Program-made: the position numbers and the translations under genes
Notes under the pieces: model-generated
Databases searched by the model: none
Told to the model about the DNA's origin: nothing
What the model saw: only the letters and a program-made list of their open reading frames with translations
Assembly (NCBI GenBank): GCA_035549255.1
Contig: DASZRD010000006.1
Coordinates: forward strand, 18,546-82,545
Reading direction: 5' to 3'
Length of the DNA: 64,000 bases
Source: Minisyncoccota bacterium
Lineage (GTDB): Bacteria > Patescibacteriota > Minisyncoccia > Phycocordibacterales > SBAW01
Part shown: piece after piece, positions 57,822 through 64,000 of the stretch
Numbering within the stretch: the stretch's first letter is position 1
Layout: each line of letters begins with the position of its first letter

Positions 57822-59059
57822 CTACACAACGCATGATCTACATAGTTGGCGGAGTTATAGCAGTACTGCTAGTTATATGGAGTATATGGTTCCTGTTCTT
57901 TAAGAGCTCGGCAACTCCTTCAACATCACAAGAGGGGAGCGGTTTTGGGGTAGGGGACGATCGCACGATAAACGTTACTTCGACCTCCGGCTCCGACGCT
58001 TCGGATAATACGGCCGTATCTCTACCGTCTTCAAACGGGCAGCTGGTCTTCAAGATAGCCGATGGCCCCGTCACGACGGCGGCTCTCATCCAGACATCAA
58101 ACCCAACCACGACATTGGCGCGCTATGTGTTGCAGGAAAATGGCCATGTATTCGACCAGGTGATCGACAACCCGGGCGCCGTGCCGCGAGCAATATCAAA
58201 CACCACCATCCCCGGGACTGAGCGTGGCGTGTGGCTTAATGGAAATGCCGTCATACTCCAATATCTCGACGATACGAATATTAAAAGCGTGTATTTGGGG
58301 TTCCCGCCGCAGGCAACCAGCACGGCACCCGCTACGCGACCCGTGCAGATAAAATTCCTGCCGGACAATATCGAGGATGTAGCGGGGTCGCCCGACGGCT
58401 CGAGTATCGCCTATCTCCTCCCGTCAGCATCCGGCATTACCGGCTATACCGCCAAAGCAGACGGGACGGGAAGCAAGAATCTTTTCTCCATGCCGCTTTC
58501 GGACTTTGTTATCTCATGGCCATCAGCATCGACTCTCTTGCTGCAGACAAAAAATTCTTCCTCGGCTCCTGGAGCAGCATTCTCGGTTAGCGCACAAACG
58601 GGCGGCATTGTACCTATCTTGTACGCTTACGGCCTGAGCGCTATAGCCGATCGTACTTTTAGCGAAATTGTATATCGAACGTCCAATGGTACGGGCGGCT
58701 CGACCTTTATACATAGCGTAAAGGCTGGTAACGATATGCCCCTCTCCTTTGATCCTATCCCTGAGAAATGTATTTGGAGCAATGTGAACGCAGTGGTCAT
58801 GTATTGTGCATTGCCATTCCAAAGTTTGCCGACAAATTATATCGACTCATGGCATCAGGGCACCGCGTCGTTGGCAGATACAATCTTTTCATTTAATACC
58901 GCAACGGGGGATAGTACGATTATTGCCTCTCCCGGCACTGCCGATGGCGGCGTCCTCTCGGACATCGCAGAAATGAACATCGCTCCCGACGACTCGTATC
59001 TCGTGTTTATTAAAAAAGGCGACCGCTCTTTGTGGGGCGTCCGCCTTGGCTCACACTAG
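57797..59059 (+). CDS. Membrane-anchored extracytoplasmic hypothetical protein (last gene of the cluster)
   Basis: 420 aa; N-terminal TM helix. Confidence 0.5.
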   Translation: MCGQSITMTTQRMIYIVGGVIAVLLVIWSIWFLFFKSSATPSTSQEGSGFGVGDDRTINVTSTSGSDASDNTAVSLPSSNGQLVFKIADGPVTTAALIQTSNPTTTLARYVLQENGHVFDQVIDNPGAVPRAISNTTIPGTERGVWLNGNAVILQYLDDTNIKSVYLGFPPQATSTAPATRPVQIKFLPDNIEDVAGSPDGSSIAYLLPSASGITGYTAKADGTGSKNLFSMPLSDFVISWPSASTLLLQTKNSSSAPGAAFSVSAQTGGIVPILYAYGLSAIADRTFSEIVYRTSNGTGGSTFIHSVKAGNDMPLSFDPIPEKCIWSNVNAVVMYCALPFQSLPTNYIDSWHQGTASLADTIFSFNTATGDSTIIASPGTADGGVLSDIAEMNIAPDDSYLVFIKKGDRSLWGVRLGSH

Positions 59060-59097
59060 GCGAGACAGGTTCGCCTGCGTTAGACCGCGCTTGCGGC

Positions 59098-59586
59098 TTA
59101 CGAACCCTGGTATTTGAGGACAATGTGGCGGAATTTGCCCTCGCCCGCCGACTCGGTCTTGATGTCGGGATCGTTCGAGAAGAGTTCGTGCACGACGAGG
59201 CGCTCGTAGGGGCTCAGAGGCTCCATCTCGACATCGTGCTTGAAGAGCCGCGCGCGCTGGGCGAGCATGCGGGCATTGGCGCGGACCGCCTCCATCTTCT
59301 CCTCGTAATAGCCGTTTATGTCGATAAGAAAGCTTGCCGCCTCCTCGCCGTACCTGGTTTCCGCGAGCCGACGGGCGATCGTGTTGAGCGCGCGGACATG
59401 GTCGCCGTGCGGGCCGATCAGATCTTTGGAATCTTTGGAAGAGACTGCTACCACGGTGCGCTGTTCGCCCACGATGTCTATCGTCTCGGCCTCATACCCG
59501 AGCGCCGCAAGCAGGGAAGAGGCAAGTGTTTTGAGCGAAGCGGCATCCATAAAAACACAATACCCCACATCCGCCGCTTCGCGCAA
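59098..59586 (-). CDS. Jag/KhpB-like RNA-binding protein (KH plus R3H domains)
   Basis: R3H motif LSPYERLVVHELFS; conserved position downstream of yidC. Confidence 0.78.
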   Translation of the reverse strand: MREAADVGYCVFMDAASLKTLASSLLAALGYEAETIDIVGEQRTVVAVSSKDSKDLIGPHGDHVRALNTIARRLAETRYGEEAASFLIDINGYYEEKMEAVRANARMLAQRARLFKHDVEMEPLSPYERLVVHELFSNDPDIKTESAGEGKFRHIVLKYQGS

Positions 59587-59615
59587 CGTTTGACAGAAAA
59601 CGGCTCAGTGTATGG

Positions 59616-60332
59616 CTATTTCGCGGCGAGCTGCCGGCGGATGAGAAATTCCTGCAGCAGGGAGAAGAGATTGCCGGTAATGAAGTAGATCGCGACCGCC
59701 GCCGGAACGCTGTAGGAAATGACCCCCATGATGATCGGAAACATGTAGAGCATCATATTGGCCTGCATGCGCTGCGCCGCCTGCTTTTCGGGAGCAAGAG
59801 AAGTAGTGGCTGCGGCCGTGCGGGCGGTGCTGAAGTAGGCGACCAGATATTGAAGGCCCGCCACAAGGATGCTTAGGGCGATAGTGTGGGGCTCAAGAAG
59901 GTTAAAAATGCCGAGAAAGTCAACATTAACCGCAGCCGGCGCATGGACAAAGGAGTAGAGGAGCCCAGTCGAGACATGGGGCAGCCCTTCGCGAAAAAAT
60001 GCGAAATAAAGGGCCAGGAATATGGGAATTTGGACAATAAGGGCTACCAGGCTCGCGAAGGGGCGTATCTTCTTCTCCTTATAGAGCGCCAGTGTGTGGC
60101 GGGCTTTCGCCTCGGAATCGTCCTTATACTTGCGGTTTATTTCATCGAGCTCGGCCTGCGCCGACTGCATCCCCATCTGGGTGCGTATCGAGGCGGCAAA
60201 CGCCGGGTAGAAGAGGACGCGCATGAGGATAGTAAGGGCGATGATGGCAAGGCCGACGCTCCCGCCCGGGGCAACCCCGATAAAGAATATGAAAATGTTA
60301 TAGAGAGGCTTAACGAGGAGAGTTTCAAACAT
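59616..60332 (-). CDS. yidC: Membrane protein insertase YidC (short form)
   Basis: 238 aa; five TM helices with conserved YidC core motifs. Confidence 0.9.
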   Translation of the reverse strand: MFETLLVKPLYNIFIFFIGVAPGGSVGLAIIALTILMRVLFYPAFAASIRTQMGMQSAQAELDEINRKYKDDSEAKARHTLALYKEKKIRPFASLVALIVQIPIFLALYFAFFREGLPHVSTGLLYSFVHAPAAVNVDFLGIFNLLEPHTIALSILVAGLQYLVAYFSTARTAAATTSLAPEKQAAQRMQANMMLYMFPIIMGVISYSVPAAVAIYFITGNLFSLLQEFLIRRQLAAK

Positions 60333-60639
60333 GAAGAAGCGTTTTTAGGTTCGAGCTGAAGGCAGTCGCAAGGTCGCCGGGGGGTATGGACTGTACAAAC
60401 AGTATCGCATGCCCGGTGGGGGGCAGGGAAGCCGCCCCAAGCGCGCGGTAGCCCGCCCGGCGCAGCCGGTTGCGCATGACGGCGGTCTTGGCGACCTTTT
60501 TCGATACCACCACCGCACAACGGAAAACCGTTGTCGTTTCTAGGTATTTGAGCGAAAACGGCCCCGCCCGGCGGGTGCTGCCCCGGGAGAGGACCTCGCG
60601 TACTTCATCCGCGCGCAGTCGGCGGCGAGAGGGGATCAT
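60325..60639 (-). CDS. rnpA: Ribonuclease P protein component
   Basis: Basic 104-aa protein (RNR motif KTAVMRNRLRR); rpmH-rnpA-yidC synteny. Confidence 0.88.
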   Translation of the reverse strand: MIPSRRRLRADEVREVLSRGSTRRAGPFSLKYLETTTVFRCAVVVSKKVAKTAVMRNRLRRAGYRALGAASLPPTGHAILFVQSIPPGDLATAFSSNLKTLLHV

Positions 60640-60774
60640 TTACACGGTCAGGCGGGCGCGGCCTTTGCGGGCGCGGCGCTTCATGGTCTTGCGGCCGGAC
60701 GTCGTGCTCTTGCGCTTGAGGAAGCCGTGCGCGCGGGCACGCTTGCGCTTCTTGGGCTGATACGTTTGCGACAT
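60640..60774 (-). CDS. rpmH: 50S ribosomal protein L34
   Basis: Manual translation [44 protein letters not shown] (44 aa); below the ORF-track length cutoff. Confidence 0.9.
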   Translation of the reverse strand: MSQTYQPKKRKRARAHGFLKRKSTTSGRKTMKRRARKGRARLTV

Positions 60775-60880
60775 AGGGCCTATAGTAGCCTATCCCCACG
60801 TTCTCCACAACTTGTACACAAAAACGGGCGTTTTGACCAAGGTATGGGGCGAGCGTATTCTTAGGCGTATCGTGCAGACT

Positions 60881-62215
60881 ATGACGACCACAAAAGAACT
60901 CTGGGAAAACGCGCTCGTCGAGCTTGAGTTGGTCATTTCGAAAGCGAACTTCAATACCTGGTTCAAAGACACGCATCTTCTGCGCGTAGAGGAAGGCGTC
61001 GCGTACCTTGGCGTGCCTTCGCAATTCGCCCGCGACTGGCTGTCGACCAAGTTCCATAAGGATATCCTCCACACATTGCGCGGGCTTTCCGAAAATATTC
61101 GCACCGTCGAGTACGTAATCTCCCGCGGCTCAAAAAAGGCCTCCGAGGAGGTGCCGGCCGCAGCGCCGACCGAGCTCCCGCTCGAGTCAGTCCATCAGAA
61201 AACCAACCTCAACCCGCGCTTTACGCTCGCTTCTTTCGTCGTGGGGCCCTTCAACGAGCTCGCGCACGCCGCCGCGCAAGCGGTCATTCGCAAGCCGGGA
61301 ATAGCCTACAACCCGCTTCTAGTCTACGGCCCAACCGGCTTGGGGAAGACCCACCTTATCCAGGCTATCGGCAACCACTTCCGCGTGAACGCCCCCGACC
61401 GCAAAGTGCAGTACATGACGTCGGAGAAATTCGCGATGGATTACGTATCATCGCTTTCCTCCGGCAAGGTGCAGTGGTTTAAGGAGAAATACCGCCAATA
61501 CGACGTCCTTATCATGGATGACGTGCAGTTCCTCGCCAAGATGGACAAAATCAAGGAAGAATTCTTCCACCTCTTCAATTTCCTCCATAACAACAACAAG
61601 CAGCTCGTATTTACGAGCGATCAGCACCCCAATGTCATCCAAGGCCTTGAAGACCGCCTGAAGTCGCGACTCAATGCGGGCATGATCGTCTCGGTAACGC
61701 CGCCGGACCACGAGTCCCGGCTCGCCATCGTGCGCGCCAAGGCGGCGCAGCACAACTTTATCGTCGCCGACGACGTAACGGAGTATCTCGCTTCGACCGT
61801 GGAGGGCAATGTGCGCGAGCTCGAAGGCGCCCTTAACACGCTCCTTATACAGTTCGAGATGCGCGGCAAGCCGATCGCGCTTGCCGACGCAAAGCTCCTC
61901 CTGCGCGGGGCTGGGAATGCCGCCAAAAAGGCCGTATCGGTGCAGGAGGTGGTGAAAACGATCGCCAACTTTTACGGTATCGAGGAAGCGAGTATTTACG
62001 AGAAGACGCGCCGCAAGGAAGTAGTGCGGCCCCGGCAGGTCATCATGTTCCTCCTGCGCGAGGATTTCCACATCTCATTCCCCACCATAGGCGACAAGCT
62101 CGGCGGCCGCGACCACACCACTGTCATCCACTCCTGCGAAAAAATAAAAAATGATCTCCATTCCGACTCGGTGCTCGGACAGGAAATCCACCAGATCAGA
62201 CTCATGTTGAAATGA
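60881..62215 (+). CDS. dnaA: Chromosomal replication initiator DnaA
   Basis: Start at MTTTKELWEN; Walker A GPTGLGKTHL, AAA+ sensor motifs, and the C-terminal DNA-binding domain HTTV. Confidence 0.95.
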   Translation: MTTTKELWENALVELELVISKANFNTWFKDTHLLRVEEGVAYLGVPSQFARDWLSTKFHKDILHTLRGLSENIRTVEYVISRGSKKASEEVPAAAPTELPLESVHQKTNLNPRFTLASFVVGPFNELAHAAAQAVIRKPGIAYNPLLVYGPTGLGKTHLIQAIGNHFRVNAPDRKVQYMTSEKFAMDYVSSLSSGKVQWFKEKYRQYDVLIMDDVQFLAKMDKIKEEFFHLFNFLHNNNKQLVFTSDQHPNVIQGLEDRLKSRLNAGMIVSVTPPDHESRLAIVRAKAAQHNFIVADDVTEYLASTVEGNVRELEGALNTLLIQFEMRGKPIALADAKLLLRGAGNAAKKAVSVQEVVKTIANFYGIEEASIYEKTRRKEVVRPRQVIMFLLREDFHISFPTIGDKLGGRDHTTVIHSCEKIKNDLHSDSVLGQEIHQIRLMLK

Positions 62216-62413
62216 TGGGTATAACTATGGGGCGAACTGTTGAAATCCGCATGATAATCCACACCATAAAAAATCTTACACACACTCATCCTCACCAAAT
62301 CAAGCGCTTATCCTTTTTACACAGGCAAGAAATACCGATAATTAAAAGCCTTTAGCCGACTTATCACCACTCTCCACACCTCTAGTAATAGTAATAGGAT
62401 TAAAAACACTGAT
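62216..62413. promoter_or_regulatory. dnaA-dnaN intergenic region with DnaA-box-like motifs and an AT-rich tract: candidate oriC/DUE
   Basis: TAATCCACA (62255..62263, 1 mismatch), TTATCACCA, TCTCCACAC, and AT-rich ATTAAAAG / AATAGTAATAGGATTAAAAAC. Confidence 0.5.
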
Positions 62414-63511
62414 ATGAAATTCGAATCCCCAACAGAACAATTCCTTTCGGCAGTGTCGCTCGCATCGCGATTCGTCGAGAAGCGCGCCAATCTCCCGGTG
62501 TTAGGAAGCATTTTACTTGTTGTGGAACGCGGACGGATTATTTTGCGTGCCACCAACCTTGAGTGCGGCGTCGAGGTGTCTATTCCGGCGAAGGTGTCGC
62601 AGGAGGGGATCACTGCAGTGCCCGGCTCGGTACTTGTCGGGTTCCTTGGCAACGCGCGCGGCAAGTCGGTGACAGCAACGCTTACGGGCGGCACGCTCAA
62701 GGTAGAGGCTGACCGAGCCTCTGCCTCGATTAAAGTCGTGCCGCACGAGGATTTCCCGACTTTGCCACAAGTATCAGCCTCCGCCTCTTTCAGCGCCAAG
62801 GCGGCCGATATAGCGCGATTAGTGCGAAGTGTGGCGTATTGCGCCTCGACGTCGGCTATCAAGCCAGAACTTCAGAGCGTGCTCATCTACGGCGAGGGCA
62901 ATAAGCTTATTGCGGCCGCAACCGACTCCTTTCGGCTCGCGGAGAAGACCGTCCCGCTGCGCTCGCAGGGGAGCGTGCCGCAGCTCCTCCTCCCAGCACG
63001 CAACGCAGTAGAATTTAACCGTATCCTAGAAACGGGGAGTGGCGACGTTGAGGTCTACTACAACGAGCACCAGATATCGTCGCATATTGGGAACGTATAT
63101 TTCACGAGCCGGCTTATCGACGGCGCCTTCCCGAACTATCGCCAGATTATCCCCAAGGAGTTCTCGACCGAAGCGGTCGTGTTGCGCGAGGATATGTCCT
63201 CGGCGCTCAAATCCCTCTCGATATTCGCCGACAAGTTCGCACAAGTGTCGCTCGCAATAGAGCCGAGCAAGAAGTCAGTACTCCTTACTTCGCGCAATCC
63301 GGATGTAGGTGAGCAAGTTTCTACCCTCAATGCAACAATTTCCGGCGAGCCAGTTGCAGTAAATTTCAATAGCAAATATTTGGCCGATAGCCTCCAGCCG
63401 ATCGCGGGCGAAAGCGTGCGCCTTCACTCCAACGGCCCCGGCAAGCCGCTCCTTGTCAAAGATGCCTCAGAAGATTCCTTCTTCTACCTAGCAATGCCGA
63501 TGAATCGGTAG
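62414..63511 (+). CDS. dnaN: DNA polymerase III beta sliding clamp
   Basis: 365 aa with the three-domain beta-clamp architecture; dnaA-dnaN synteny. Confidence 0.95.
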   Translation: MKFESPTEQFLSAVSLASRFVEKRANLPVLGSILLVVERGRIILRATNLECGVEVSIPAKVSQEGITAVPGSVLVGFLGNARGKSVTATLTGGTLKVEADRASASIKVVPHEDFPTLPQVSASASFSAKAADIARLVRSVAYCASTSAIKPELQSVLIYGEGNKLIAAATDSFRLAEKTVPLRSQGSVPQLLLPARNAVEFNRILETGSGDVEVYYNEHQISSHIGNVYFTSRLIDGAFPNYRQIIPKEFSTEAVVLREDMSSALKSLSIFADKFAQVSLAIEPSKKSVLLTSRNPDVGEQVSTLNATISGEPVAVNFNSKYLADSLQPIAGESVRLHSNGPGKPLLVKDASEDSFFYLAMPMNR

Positions 63512-63537
63512 TTGACTTGAAGAATTTTTTTCAACTT

Positions 63538-63912
63538 ATGGAGGTTACATTTAAAAATGAATTAAAGATAATAAAAAAGTATCGGACTCCTACGAAAGAG
63601 GCTGATGATTTGAAAAAAGCACTCGAAAAAAGAGGTGTACGTGTTTTAGTGGAAGTTCATGATGGTTATAAGCATGTTGATCTTGCTATCCCTAGTGCAA
63701 AAATAAACATTGAAGTTGATGGCATTCAGCATCTTACTAATCCTAAGCAAATAGTGGCTGATTTAAACCGCGGATATTATTCTCACAAGAATGGATTTAA
63801 TACGATGCACATTCCAAATGAGATGATTCGTAATCATCTGGAAGAAATTTCTGAGGCGTTAGCTGAGGCCTCAAAAATGAGAGAAAAAGTTCTCTATATT
63901 CATCTGGACTGA
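63538..63912 (+). CDS. DUF559-like endonuclease-fold protein on an AT-rich island
   Basis: HVDLAIPSAKINIEVDGIQH core; GC far below the genome average. Confidence 0.55.
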   Translation: MEVTFKNELKIIKKYRTPTKEADDLKKALEKRGVRVLVEVHDGYKHVDLAIPSAKINIEVDGIQHLTNPKQIVADLNRGYYSHKNGFNTMHIPNEMIRNHLEEISEALAEASKMREKVLYIHLD

Positions 63913-64000
63913 CAAGTTGATTCTTCCTAGATACTCGTACTCGTGGTAGTTGCGGGCGTGAGAGTTTGGTTGGTGTTGCCTATGTAGCCGTGGCTCACGA

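Overview
High-GC (~60%) bacterial chromosomal segment spanning the replication origin: jag-yidC-rnpA-rpmH on the minus strand, diverging from dnaA-dnaN on the plus strand, with DnaA-box-like motifs in both flanking intergenic regions. Housekeeping genes are rpsL-rpsG followed by glmM (not fusA), pgk-tpiA, nusA, ppa, tig (PPIase-less)-clpP, rny, hup, rpsO-NYN-pnp, comM/yifB, uvrD/pcrA, rsmA, recJ, rnhA, xth, xerC/D-type recombinase, cca, rpmB and an Fe/Mn SOD. Four tRNAs are present (Trp, Pro, Gly, Arg). DNA-uptake components are a ComEC membrane domain, a separate ComEC-type MBL protein, and an orphan PilB/GspE ATPase. Most gene starts lack Shine-Dalgarno sequences; many instead have a TATAnT -10 element 6-12 nt upstream of the ATG, suggesting leaderless mRNAs. 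Three accessory regions stand out. (a) A ~13 kb plus-strand cluster at 46.2-59.1 kb abutting the origin encodes a type IV secretion-like apparatus: a VirB4-family ATPase interrupted by one in-frame TAA, a VirB6/TrbL-like polytopic protein, VirB3-like and VirB2-like small membrane proteins, and several secreted or membrane-anchored unknowns, with no VirB11, VirD4 or relaxase. (b) A ~1.6 kb low-GC island at 14.7-16.4 kb between tpiA and pilB holds four copies of a paired-hairpin module interleaved with SD-led small ORFs that share a C-terminal motif. (c) A 1070-aa secreted protein combines about six Kelch-type repeats with a long poly-glycine region. Further low-GC islands carry a COG1373-type AAA ATPase flanked by palindromes and a DUF559 endonuclease-like gene after dnaN. 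The gene content (short YidC, PPIase-less trigger factor, ComEC plus PilB, T4SS-like set) points to a reduced-genome lineage such as CPR/Patescibacteria; this is inference only. The supplied ORF track is off by 1 nt from my manual base counts at several sites (positions 947 and 13973-13997); coordinates taken from the track stand as given, while manually counted coordinates (tRNAs, terminators, small ORFs) may be off by 1-2 nt.
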